Shown piece after piece: positions 9,601 to 17,330 of a stretch of DNA of 58,296 nt (position 1 is its first letter; every line of letters begins with the position of its first letter). The notes under the pieces were generated by a model. The model did not search any database. It saw nothing but the letters and a program-made list of their open reading frames with translations, and was not told the origin of the DNA. Source of the stretch: Thermoplasmata archaeon (GTDB lineage: Archaea; Thermoplasmatota; Thermoplasmata; RBG-16-68-12; EA-27); assembly GCA_035283165.1 (NCBI GenBank), contig DATEUK010000007.1, forward strand, positions 1 through 58,296, read 5' to 3'. The position numbers and the translations under genes were made by a program.

Positions 9601-10213
9601 GACGGACGACGGCGGCCTCGAGGGGAACGCGACAGCTTCCGTAGCGGTGTCCCGGGCTCCCGGATTGGACGACGGGACGGTCATCGGAATCATCGGGATC
9701 ATCATCGGGGCGATCATCGTGGCCCTCTGGCGGCTGCGCGTCCTATGGTTCCCGTACTTCATCCTCTGGTGTTACACGAAGCTCCGGAAGGACGAGGTGC
9801 TCGACAATTTCCTGCGTGGCCGGATCTACGAATACGTCCGCCTCAACCCCGGCGACGCGTACACGGAAATCAAGCGGAACCTCGACCTGTCCAACGGTCC
9901 GCTTCTCTATCATTTGGCGGTGCTGGAGCGGGAAGAGCTCGTGCGCTCCATCCAGCAGGGCTCCCGGAAGCGGTTCTATCCGAACGACGTGGCGGTACCG
10001 GAAGACGGGGGCCTCCACGCGCTTCAGGCTCGCATCCTCGAGGCCCTTCGCGGGGAGCCCGGAGTCGCCGTGACGGAGTTGGCGATGGCTCTTGGTGTCA
10101 GCCGCCACGTGGCGCTGTATCACATCCGCAAACTCGTCCGCTCGGACCTCGTCCGCCTCGAACGTCGGATGGCGCGACTGCGGGCGTACCCAGTCCGCCC
10201 GTCGTCTCGATGA
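6695..10213 (+). CDS. Membrane-anchored surface protein: signal peptide, parallel beta-helix repeats, ~5 PKD/Ig-like domains, TM span(s), and a cytoplasmic double winged-helix (wHTH) tail
   Basis: MRRVGPTAVVGLLVLGGLLGVLTLSSRVATA is the signal peptide. Beta-helix repeats include ITDNVI, ITANNF, VSNTVG, ISGNIIYDG and VTDNHI. PKD signatures are PPTADAGPDQ plus WDFGDG three times. The TM span is GTVIGIIGIIIGAIIVALW (9674-9733). The tail (9776-10210) has two wHTH modules. Confidence 0.85.
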   Translation: MRRVGPTAVVGLLVLGGLLGVLTLSSRVATANTLYVGGGGPGNYTSIQAAVNAAFPGDTVFVYSGNYTENVTVTKTLNLVGEGMETTFLHGAGAYYTLNVGADWVNVTGLSVVGGVAYETVFGIGMSGHHNRIFRNNASIRFDATLWAYTTITDNVIHRISRESSAFVHPGLQVRSSSFVTIDANTFPDSGIDLWDSTDVTITANNFTSVADVSAGVGFGPLSQWVHGSLANHNSHTITPDNLVNGKPLYYHKNCSGLTVDGVPLGQLIVVNCTAVQISHLQLANPAPPIYVAYSNGVNISTSNVASYILSLQSSDLSIVSNTVGFISLWYTTNARLIANYIDFGTDVAISSSVVISGNIIYDGSVRLHWCNDIQVTDNHITSSDFAAIEVGGPGPWGYRTCSNVVILRNTLESNYVIYYIISVTLGSSILTVHHNNIGTTQGGGYGTVSDEGSGTTWDDGYPSGGNHWWDYTGVDLLSGPNQDLPGTDGIGDTPYVIDSDSIDRYPLMSPMVPGTMPVLSATGEPNYGTDGVDPETGTLGATFTYRVSYLDADNDFPLAGDPKVHIRKGSVEIAGSPFTMTAVDPLDADVTDGKLYTYTTTLTSRGTDYTYEFTASDAVGLAAADWPAPPADAPDVLNRPPTADAGPDQNVPKGTLVTLDGALSRDPDNDPLSYTWAAPPGIALSSANVPMPTFTATRTGTFPFTLTVDDGDPANGTDTDTVVITVWGLPPVANLTADRMRANVGGAFLFSGAGSTDADGSIAAYLFEFADGTDQTGGSDTAMHAYAAPGSYVVRLTVWDDDGNASAADTLTVTVNAPPVASGTVTPASGTLATTFTFTSTSTDSDGTIVTTSWDFGDGATDSGTPVTHAYATRQTFTVTLTVWDDDGATATSTLSVSVGNLPPTAAFAVTPASGDVATEFTFDGSASTDDGTIVAYAWDFGDGTTGSGVVVTHRYSRNGSFAVTLTVTDDGGLEGNATASVAVSRAPGLDDGTVIGIIGIIIGAIIVALWRLRVLWFPYFILWCYTKLRKDEVLDNFLRGRIYEYVRLNPGDAYTEIKRNLDLSNGPLLYHLAVLEREELVRSIQQGSRKRFYPNDVAVPEDGGLHALQARILEALRGEPGVAVTELAMALGVSRHVALYHIRKLVRSDLVRLERRMARLRAYPVRPSSR

Positions 10214-10314
10214 GGGATACGACGAGGGGCGGGAGACTTGGATCTCCGCTCCCACGCCCCGCCGGCCGTCGAAGGGTTCAATCGTTCCTCTGCAATGGCC
10301 CAGGCGAGGATCCC

Positions 10315-10608
10315 ATGCAGTTTGTCGTAACCCAGATGCATGCGCCGAGCGACTGCCCGAGCGACGAGCCCGAGGTGCTGAAGAGGCTTGGGCGCGACTT
10401 CTCCGAGGGGGAGGCCCGCAAGAAGGGCGTGAAGCTCCTCGGCGCGTACATCGCACCGCTCGAGCACACATTCTTCTTCATCCTCGAAGCGGACAGTCTG
10501 GCCAAGGTGACGGAGTTCCTGAAGCCCGCCGCCAAGCTCGGGACCGCGAAGGTCACGCCCGTCGACGAGTTCCAGAAGGTCGTGCGGCAACTGTCGCGGG
10601 GGCGCTGA
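10315..10608 (+). CDS. Small hypothetical protein (97 aa)
   Basis: ATG 10315 lies inside track ORF 9745..10608. It reads MQFVVTQMHAPSDCPSDEPEVLKRLGR...GAYIAPLEHTFFFILEADSLAKVTEFL. Composition is protein-like and third codon positions are G/C-rich. No family recognised with confidence. Confidence 0.55.
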   Translation: MQFVVTQMHAPSDCPSDEPEVLKRLGRDFSEGEARKKGVKLLGAYIAPLEHTFFFILEADSLAKVTEFLKPAAKLGTAKVTPVDEFQKVVRQLSRGR

Positions 10609-10648
10609 ACGGACCCGAAGTCCGGAGCCAACTCAGGGGACCTATCCC

Positions 10649-10674
10649 TGGACCGGCTGCGAGATGAACCCAAG
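10649..10674 (-). repeat. Degenerate copy of the tRNA-Ala 3' end (att-like direct repeat)
   Basis: TGGACCGGCTGCGAGATGAACCCAAG here versus TGGACCGGCTGGGATTTGAACCCAGG at 11802-11827. The orientation is the same, 22/26 positions are identical, and there is an 11-nt exact run. Confidence 0.5.
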
Positions 10675-10707
10675 ACTTCCGCGGCAAGTGATTCTCCAGC
10701 ATGCGGT

Positions 10708-11238
10708 TCAGCGTCTCCCGAGGACATGGTCCGAGAACTCTTTCAGGAGTGCGGGAGAGCAGTACCAACCAGACCGGATCATCCGTTCCACGGTCTGCAC
10801 GGCCTCGGCACCGGTGACCCGCGTACGTTCGACCGCCAGGCCCAAAATGTACAGGGAACCTCCGAGTGACACGTCCAGCGCCCGGGCGGCGGCGCGGAGG
10901 TCCCGGTCGTCGGCCACGAGTCGGCCGCCGACCTCCACGGCCAGACCAAGCGACGTCGCGTCGGCGGTGGAGAGACGGGGACTCTCGCGGATTCGGTCCA
11001 CAAGCCTCCGGTTCCGCACACGGCGAACCTCGATCGCGCCCTCGCGGAGCATCCGTGTCAAGAGAAGGTGCTCGGGCGTCCCGGGTCCTCGGCCCTCGGC
11101 CGACACCTCGTCCCGAACCTCATCCGCGATCACGATTCGAGCGCCGAGTCTCGTAACATGGGGAAGGAACCCGGCCGCGGACAGGGCGATGAGGGGCGCC
11201 GCGTCGAACACGAGCGTCTCTTGGCGGGGCATGACCAA
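10708..11238 (-). CDS. PIN-like nuclease toxin (DUF3368 / COG2405-type)
   Basis: LVFDAAPLIALSAAG, IADEVRDEV, LSTADATSLGLAVEVGGRLVADDRDLR and GSLYILGLAVE. It lies 6 nt downstream of a UPF0175-like antitoxin gene. Confidence 0.75.
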   Translation of the reverse strand: MVMPRQETLVFDAAPLIALSAAGFLPHVTRLGARIVIADEVRDEVSAEGRGPGTPEHLLLTRMLREGAIEVRRVRNRRLVDRIRESPRLSTADATSLGLAVEVGGRLVADDRDLRAAARALDVSLGGSLYILGLAVERTRVTGAEAVQTVERMIRSGWYCSPALLKEFSDHVLGRR

Positions 11239-11244
11239 CCTGCC

Positions 11245-11544
11245 TCACCGGCGAACGCCACGCAGATCCTCCATGAGATCGTCGTCGACCCAGGCGATGT
11301 GGCGGTCCCGGGCGAGGGACATGATCTCCCAGATGCTCACCTTCGCGATCTCTGCGGCCCGGGACAGCGTGGCCTTCCGCTCGGACAGGAGGCGCAACGC
11401 TCGCTCACGCCGGTATCCCTCAAGCCCCAGGTGGAGGACCTTCCGGAGAGCGGCAGACTTTTCGAGGTGCTCCTCGCGCATGAGATCCTCGACCTCCTTC
11501 TCCATCTCCCGCGGGATCCGGGCAGAGACCGTGACTTCGGTCAT
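11245..11544 (-). CDS. Antitoxin with an RHH-like N-terminus plus a UPF0175-type HTH
   Basis: Internal ATG at 11544 of track ORF 11245..11640. It reads MTEVTVSARIPREMEKEVEDLMREEHLEKSAALRKVLHLGLEGY...ATLSRAAEIAKVSIWEIMSLARDRHI. Confidence 0.7.
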   Translation of the reverse strand: MTEVTVSARIPREMEKEVEDLMREEHLEKSAALRKVLHLGLEGYRRERALRLLSERKATLSRAAEIAKVSIWEIMSLARDRHIAWVDDDLMEDLRGVRR

Positions 11545-11553
11545 GCTTCCATA

Positions 11554-11568
11554 GTATGCATTGCATAC
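11554..11568. promoter_or_regulatory. Perfect palindrome GTATGCA-T-TGCATAC; candidate operator of the TA promoter
   Basis: 7-bp arms, 10-24 nt upstream of the antitoxin ATG (11544), within the only AT-rich patch of this intergenic region. Confidence 0.4.
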
Positions 11569-11801
11569 AAATGAACCTTGCGCCCTGGTTCCGTGGGACC
11601 AGGGGTTGGACGCACAATCGCCAGGACCGCTGCGAGGCAATCGGAAGGACCATGGCGGGTGGCCGAGAGACTGTGCGCGCTGCGACTTCTCGGCCGATTC
11701 AGACGTGGGGCCGCTGCAAGGTGCCCTGAGGGGACCATGGACGACTCATGGACTCTGAAGGCCCACCTCGCGGGGTGAGGGGGCCAATTCGAGAGGAGCA
11801 G

Positions 11802-11873
11802 TGGACCGGCTGGGATTTGAACCCAGGGCCTCCTGCTTGCAAAGCAGGCGATCTTCCGCTGATCTACCGGCCC
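11802..11873 (-). tRNA. tRNA-Ala (UGC)
   Basis: Hand-folded cloverleaf GGGCCGGTAGATCAGCGGAAGATCGCCTGCTTTGCAAGCAGGAGGCCCTGGGTTCAAATCCCAGCCGGTCCA. It has the G3:U70 Ala identity pair and anticodon loop TTTGCAA. It is 72 nt with no encoded CCA. Confidence 0.93.
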
Positions 11874-11911
11874 GCCCCTCCGTAGAGGGATGCCGCCAAA
11901 AACCTATCGGG

Positions 11912-12223
11912 CTACGAGCGCAGCACGATCTCGATGTTCACGCCGTCCGGCACGCGGATTCGCATGAGCTGCCGCAACGCCCGTTCGTCCGCGTCGAGGT
12001 CGATGAGCCGCTTGTGGATCCGCATCTCCCACCGGTCCCACGTCTCGGACCCCTCGCCGTCGGGGGACTTCCGCACCGGCACGACGAGCCGCCGCGTCGG
12101 CAGCGCGATCGGCCCACCCATTGCGACGCCCGTCCGCTCGCTGATCAACTTGATCTGCTGGCACACGTTGTCGACCTTCTTCGGGTCGGTGCCGGAGAGC
12201 GAGATGCGCGCCTTCTGCGCCAT
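11912..12223 (-). CDS. rps10: 30S ribosomal protein uS10
   Basis: [24 protein letters not shown]...[47 protein letters not shown] Shine-Dalgarno (SD) motif lies just upstream of the ATG. Confidence 0.97.
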   Translation of the reverse strand: MAQKARISLSGTDPKKVDNVCQQIKLISERTGVAMGGPIALPTRRLVVPVRKSPDGEGSETWDRWEMRIHKRLIDLDADERALRQLMRIRVPDGVNIEIVLRS

Positions 12224-12263
12224 TCAGTCACCAAAACAAGGATGAGAAAAGGGGGAAGGGGGT

Positions 12264-13535
12264 TCAACGCTTCTCGACATCGATGCACATCCCCGCGGCT
12301 ACGGTCTGGCCCATGTCACGGATCGCGAATCGACCGAGCTGCGGGAAGGCCTTCGCGGGCTCGATGACCATCGGTTTCGTGGGCCGGATCTTGACGATCG
12401 CGGCGTCCCCGGTCTTGAGGAGCTCGGGCTTCTCCTCCTTCGTCGCGCCCGTCTTCGGGTCCAGCTTCTTCTGGAGCTCCTCGAAGGTGCACGCGACCTG
12501 CGCGGTGTGCGCGTGGAACACGGGCGTGTAGCCGGGCGTGATCACGGAGGGGTGGTTGAGCACCATGATCTGGGCGGTGAAGGACTTCGCGACCGTCGGC
12601 GGGTTGTCCACCGGGCCCGCGACGTCGCCGCGCCGGATGTCCTTCTTCTCGACCCCGCGGACGTTGAAGCCCACGTTGTCCCCCGGGACCGCCTCCGGGA
12701 TCTGCTCGTGGTGCATCTCGATCGACTTGATCTCGCCCACCTTGTCCGCAGGCTGGAAGGAGACCTTCATCCCCGGCCTCATCACGCCGGTCTCCACGCG
12801 CCCCACGGGGACCGTGCCGATCCCCTTGATCGTGTACACGTCCTGGACGGGGAGGCGGAGCGGCTTGTCCGTCGGCTTCGGCGGCTCCTTCAGCGTGTTC
12901 AGCGCGTCGACGATCGTCGGGCCCTTGTACCACCCGAGGTTCGTCGACGCCTTGGTGATGTTGTCGCCCTTGTACGAGCTGAGCGGGACGAACAGGATGT
13001 CGTCGACCTTGTATCCGACCGCCTTCAGGAGGCCCGTCACCTCCGTCCGGATCTCGCCGAACCGGTTCTCGTTGTACGCCGGCTTCGTCGCGTCCATCTT
13101 GTTCACCCCCACGATGATCTGGGCCACGCCCAGCGTCCGCGCGAGGAAGATGTGCTCTTTCGTCTGCGCCTGCACCCCCTCCGCGGCGGACACGACGAGG
13201 ACCGCGCCGTCCGCCTGGGACGTCCCCGTGATCATGTTTTTGACGAAGTCCCGGTGCCCGGGCGCATCGATGATCGTGAAGTAGATCTTGTCCGTCTCGA
13301 ACCGCTGGTGCGCGACGTCGATCGTGAGGCCGCGCTCGCGCTCCTCCTTCACCCGGTCCATGACCCAGGCGAACTCGAAGGTGGCCTTCCCCTTCTGCTC
13401 GGCCTCCTTCCGGAACCCCTCGAGGATGTGCGGTTCGACGTGCCCCGTGTCGTACAGGATCCGGCCGACGGTCGTCGACTTCCCGTGGTCGACGTGGCCG
13501 ATGAACACGAGGTTCAGATGCGGTTTCGCTGCCAT
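12264..13535 (-). CDS. tuf: Translation elongation factor EF-1alpha (aEF-1A)
   Basis: [21 protein letters not shown] and full-length similarity to aEF-1alpha. GGTGG lies 4 nt upstream of the ATG. Confidence 0.98.
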   Translation of the reverse strand: MAAKPHLNLVFIGHVDHGKSTTVGRILYDTGHVEPHILEGFRKEAEQKGKATFEFAWVMDRVKEERERGLTIDVAHQRFETDKIYFTIIDAPGHRDFVKNMITGTSQADGAVLVVSAAEGVQAQTKEHIFLARTLGVAQIIVGVNKMDATKPAYNENRFGEIRTEVTGLLKAVGYKVDDILFVPLSSYKGDNITKASTNLGWYKGPTIVDALNTLKEPPKPTDKPLRLPVQDVYTIKGIGTVPVGRVETGVMRPGMKVSFQPADKVGEIKSIEMHHEQIPEAVPGDNVGFNVRGVEKKDIRRGDVAGPVDNPPTVAKSFTAQIMVLNHPSVITPGYTPVFHAHTAQVACTFEELQKKLDPKTGATKEEKPELLKTGDAAIVKIRPTKPMVIEPAKAFPQLGRFAIRDMGQTVAAGMCIDVEKR

Positions 13536-13569
13536 TTTTCCACCGTAGCCGGCCCTTAGAGCCTATCCC

Positions 13570-13577
13570 TATATATG
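13570..13577 (-). promoter_or_regulatory. TATA box upstream of EF-1alpha
   Basis: The minus strand reads CCATATATAGGG, ~35-42 nt upstream of ATG 13535, followed by the SD motif GGTGG. Confidence 0.4.
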
Positions 13578-13614
13578 GTTTTCTTACCGAGATATGGAGG
13601 AAACCCGAAATGCC

Positions 13615-16600
13615 TCACGCAGCGTAGTACGCCTCGTCGTACGGCTCGGGCGCGAGTCCCTTGCGCTCCCGGATTCCCCGGACGACGTCTCCCTGGAGGT
13701 CCGACGGAACCGGCTGGAAACCGGCGTTCTCCGTGGACCAGAGGACGCGGCCCTGCGTCGCGCCGCGGATGGCGGTCGCGAACCCGAACATCGCCGCCAC
13801 AGGGACCTTCGCGGAGATCTTCGTGACCTCGCCCTCCTGCTGAATGTCCTCGATGGTGCCGCGCCGACTCTGCACGTCGCCGATCGCGGCGCCCATCACG
13901 TCCTGCGGAAGGTCGAGGAACAGCTTCTGTTTCGGTTCCATGAGGATCCGCTCGCCCTGGACCATCGCCCCATAGATCGCGCTCCGAACGGCCGGAATCA
14001 CTTGCGCAGGGCCGCGGTGCACGCTGTCCTCGTGCAGTTTCGCGTCGACGAGGCGGATCTTCATCGCCATGCACTTCTCCTGTGCGAGCGGGCCCTTCGT
14101 CATCGCCTCCGTGTAGGCTTCCTTCACGAGCTCCATCGTCTCGTTCAGGTACTGGATCCCCTTCGTCGCGTCGATCAGCATGTTCGTGTCCTTGATCCAC
14201 ACGACGTTCTTAGCCTCGTCCTTGTCCATCCCGAGATCCTGCAGCTGTCTCGCGAGCGCCTTCGCGTCCTTGATGCGCTGGCCGCTGGGGATCGCCCCCT
14301 CGTGGATCGCCGCCACGATCGCGTCGGCGAGCGGTTCCGCCTCGACGTAGAAGCGATTGTGTCTGTTCGGGGACTTCCCCTCGAACGGGCCGCCCGCCCC
14401 GCGGACGCGCTCCCGGTACACGACGATCGGCGCGCTCGCGGTGATGGGGACCTTGTAGTCGTTCACGATCCGGTACTGCGTGATCTCCAGGTGGAGCTCG
14501 CCCATCCCCGACATAAGGTGCTCGCCCGTCTCCTGGTTGATGTCCACCTCGATGCTCGGGTCCGCCTTCGCGATCTTCCGGAGCACCTCGACGAGCTTGG
14601 GCAGATCCGCGGTGGCCTTCGCCTCGATCGCGACGGTGACGACCGGCTCCGAGTAGTGCACGATGGGCTCGAACGCCTGCATCGACCGATCGTCGCTGAC
14701 CGTGGACCCCGCGATCGCGTCCTTCAGGCCGATGACGGCGACCACGTTCCCCGCGTCGATCTCTTCGACCGGGACCCTCTCCGGCCCCACGATCATCGCG
14801 ACGGTCTGAACGCGCTGTGGATGCGGCATCCCGGACACCCAGAGCTCTTGGCCGCGTCGGATCCTCCCGCTGAACAGGCGGCCCGCGGCGACCTCCCCCG
14901 CCTGGGGGTCGACGATGATCTTCGTCACCATGTAGGCGACGGGGGCATCCTCCTTCACCTTCGTCATCGCCTTCCCGACGGGGCTCTCGGGGTCTCCCTT
15001 CCAGATCACGGGGATCCGCATCGGCTGGGCGACGAGCGGGTTCGGCAGGTGGTGGATGACCATGTCGAGGACGACCTGGTGGAGCGGCGCCCGCTTGCTG
15101 AGGTCGTCCTGCTTCTCCTCCGACAGGTAGCGGTAGATCTCCTTGAACGTGATCCCCGTCTTCTTCATGTACGGCACGGAGATCGCCCACTTGTTCCGCG
15201 CGCTGCCGAACGCGACGTTCCCTGCCTCGACGTTCAGCGCCCACGGTCCCTTCAGCTCGTCGGGGAGGATCTTCCTGATGCGGACGTTGACGTCCGTGAT
15301 GATCTTCACGAACCGCTGCTGCATGCGGTCCGCGTCCAGCTTCAGCTCGTTGATGAGGCGGTCCACCTTGTTGATGAATAAGACGGGCTTCACGCGCTCC
15401 TTCAGCGCCTGCCGGATGACGGTCTCCGTCTGCGGCATGACGCCCTCGACCGCGTCCACGAGGATGATCACGCCGTCGATCGCACGCATCGCGCGGGTGA
15501 CGTCACCGCCGAAGTCCACGTGGCCGGGCGTGTCGATCAGGTTGACGAGGTACGCCTTCCCGTCGAACTGATGGACCATCGAGGCGATCGCAGCATTGAT
15601 CGTGATGCCTCGCGCCTGCTCCTGCTCGTCGAAGTCCATGAACAGCTGCGTGCCGGCCAGTTCCTCGCTCATCATCCCTGCGCCGGCGATTAGCGAATCG
15701 GATAGCGTCGTGTTGTGAACAAAGAAGCCCTCAGCCACGAAATTTCGCGGGCCAGGAACAGAGAAGTCGTAGACCCATTCTTCCTCGACTCGATGAACGC
15801 TGTGAACTTCGACGAAAGCGACATCTTGATTGAGGACTGGCTCGAGTTCCTCGAAATCGCTCCCGGCCATGAGGATTAGGGATGCTGAGGATGGCTTCTG
15901 TTCCAGACGTGCGTAGGTTCTCGTCTTCCACGTGTTCGTTTGCAGTCTGTTCCAGTTGACGGGGACGAGATCCACCACATAGGAGGGACCGGCTCGTGCT
16001 TCCAGGCCCGCCTGTCGGCTCGATTTCTCAGAATCGTGCAGCCGCGGGAATCGAGAGAGGTTGGTTCGGCCGGAGACGTACAATGTGGAGTGCGACACGC
16101 CTTGATCGAGGATAGCTCGCACCCCCAAGCGCAGGAGCAGGAGCTGGAGGTCGCCTAGGAAGGTGGGGGACGCACTAGTCGCGGTCACCGCGCGCCGGCC
16201 TGATTCGACAGAGCCGTCTGCGTCGAAGTATCCCTGAACAAAGGCCCTGACCGTTGATATCGGGGCCGTGAATAGGAGATCGGGTAGCCGCATCGTTCGC
16301 GCCTTCGCGAGAAGAGGGTAGCCGAGGACGACATGAAGAAACATCAAGAGAGTCTTCGATCGACTCTCGACGCGCGGGACCCGCGGGGGATGGCGGGCGA
16401 TCGCGGGCTTTGGGACGAATCCCTGAAGCGACGCCAACACCTCGTGAATGAGATCCTCGTCCGCCCCGTGAAGGAATCCATTCCCGTCACCGTCTCCGTA
16501 GAGAAGGCCAAGGTATCGGAAGAATCGCTCCATAGAGGCCCGCTTCGGCAAGTACATCGGGGACGCTGCTTTCTTCGTACCGACCCTGTAGGTCACGCGC

Positions 16601-17268
16601 CAGATCTGGCGGTAGACGGCATCGCGAGAGAATCCTGACTTGGCGGCGGCCTCGAAGAGCGACGCGCCATTGACGATGCCCCCTAGCCCTAGAAAGGTTT
16701 CTCCTTCGGCCGTCAGTTCGAAGTGGAAGCGTGGATCTGCGGCAAGGCGGGACACAACGGTCGCTTCAAGATCCGACCATGGCTCGTCGTCTCGCGACGG
16801 GAGCCGCCTGGGAACCGCCAGCATGTCCCCCTTCCTTAACTGGTTCGCTTCTCGGAACTCCAGCTCATGCCCTTTGGCGGCGACGAACCTATGCTCCCGC
16901 GTCGTGCGGAGTCTTCGCCCATCTCGAGTCTCGATCTCCAAGAGAGGCTCCGTTGCTCGGAGCCGCCACACATGGGTAATCTCCGCAAATTGTGTCTCCC
17001 CCGATGAGATGTTGATGGAGCGAGTCCACAGAGACCCATTTGGGACCTGGCGCACGTCCGCACCTTGGCGGTTGGGGACTGGTTCCAGTGACGAGTAGCG
17101 CGCCCACAGATCTCCGGCCGCGATCCACAAGCCATCGACCCATATTCTCGCATCACCGGAGACACATTTCCCGTGATCGATGTGGGCCGCGGTCCCGATG
17201 TTTCGAATCTGCTCCTTCGTGTGGATAAGGTCCTGCGCCTTCCGGATGTTGTCCTCCTTTCGTCCCAT
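13615..17268 (-). CDS. fusA: Translation elongation factor EF-2 (aEF-2) interrupted by a 485-aa intein
   Basis: The 1217-aa ORF contains 732 aa of extein: AHIDHGK|TTLSDSL, DTPGHVDF, NKVD and the diphthamide region HEDSVHRGPAQ. An AGGAG SD lies 9 nt upstream of the ATG. Confidence 0.97.
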   Translation of the reverse strand: MGRKEDNIRKAQDLIHTKEQIRNIGTAAHIDHGKCVSGDARIWVDGLWIAAGDLWARYSSLEPVPNRQGADVRQVPNGSLWTRSINISSGETQFAEITHVWRLRATEPLLEIETRDGRRLRTTREHRFVAAKGHELEFREANQLRKGDMLAVPRRLPSRDDEPWSDLEATVVSRLAADPRFHFELTAEGETFLGLGGIVNGASLFEAAAKSGFSRDAVYRQIWRVTYRVGTKKAASPMYLPKRASMERFFRYLGLLYGDGDGNGFLHGADEDLIHEVLASLQGFVPKPAIARHPPRVPRVESRSKTLLMFLHVVLGYPLLAKARTMRLPDLLFTAPISTVRAFVQGYFDADGSVESGRRAVTATSASPTFLGDLQLLLLRLGVRAILDQGVSHSTLYVSGRTNLSRFPRLHDSEKSSRQAGLEARAGPSYVVDLVPVNWNRLQTNTWKTRTYARLEQKPSSASLILMAGSDFEELEPVLNQDVAFVEVHSVHRVEEEWVYDFSVPGPRNFVAEGFFVHNTTLSDSLIAGAGMMSEELAGTQLFMDFDEQEQARGITINAAIASMVHQFDGKAYLVNLIDTPGHVDFGGDVTRAMRAIDGVIILVDAVEGVMPQTETVIRQALKERVKPVLFINKVDRLINELKLDADRMQQRFVKIITDVNVRIRKILPDELKGPWALNVEAGNVAFGSARNKWAISVPYMKKTGITFKEIYRYLSEEKQDDLSKRAPLHQVVLDMVIHHLPNPLVAQPMRIPVIWKGDPESPVGKAMTKVKEDAPVAYMVTKIIVDPQAGEVAAGRLFSGRIRRGQELWVSGMPHPQRVQTVAMIVGPERVPVEEIDAGNVVAVIGLKDAIAGSTVSDDRSMQAFEPIVHYSEPVVTVAIEAKATADLPKLVEVLRKIAKADPSIEVDINQETGEHLMSGMGELHLEITQYRIVNDYKVPITASAPIVVYRERVRGAGGPFEGKSPNRHNRFYVEAEPLADAIVAAIHEGAIPSGQRIKDAKALARQLQDLGMDKDEAKNVVWIKDTNMLIDATKGIQYLNETMELVKEAYTEAMTKGPLAQEKCMAMKIRLVDAKLHEDSVHRGPAQVIPAVRSAIYGAMVQGERILMEPKQKLFLDLPQDVMGAAIGDVQSRRGTIEDIQQEGEVTKISAKVPVAAMFGFATAIRGATQGRVLWSTENAGFQPVPSDLQGDVVRGIRERKGLAPEPYDEAYYAA
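15712..17166 (-). mobile_element. Full-size intein with a LAGLIDADG homing-endonuclease domain in the EF-2 P-loop
   Basis: It starts CVSGDARIWVDG and ends GFFVHN, followed by +1 Thr. LAGLIDADG motifs are LGLLYGDGDG and VQGYFDADGSV. Excision restores AHIDHGKTTLSD. G+C is locally lower: ~55% versus ~67% in hand-counted 60-nt samples. Confidence 0.9.
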
Positions 17269-17330
17269 GCGCGGTCACGCTCCTACTTTGGAGCCCGTAC
17301 TTAACGATTCCCTCGGGGGGACGCACCAAA

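Noticed and set aside
11583-11697. Hairpins (CCCTGGT-n7-ACCAGGG at about 11583-11605 and GGCCGAGA-n19-TCTCGGCC at about 11663-11697), considered as a possible ncRNA between the TA cassette and tRNA-Ala.
   Set aside because: Short G+C-rich stems are expected by chance at this composition. I saw no C/D-box, SRP, RNase P or other recognisable RNA signature. They may be element debris.
13594-15381. A 595-aa plus-strand ORF and a 344-aa minus out-of-frame ORF inside EF-2.
   Set aside because: Both are shadow ORFs. EF-2 occupies this DNA with unmistakable conservation.
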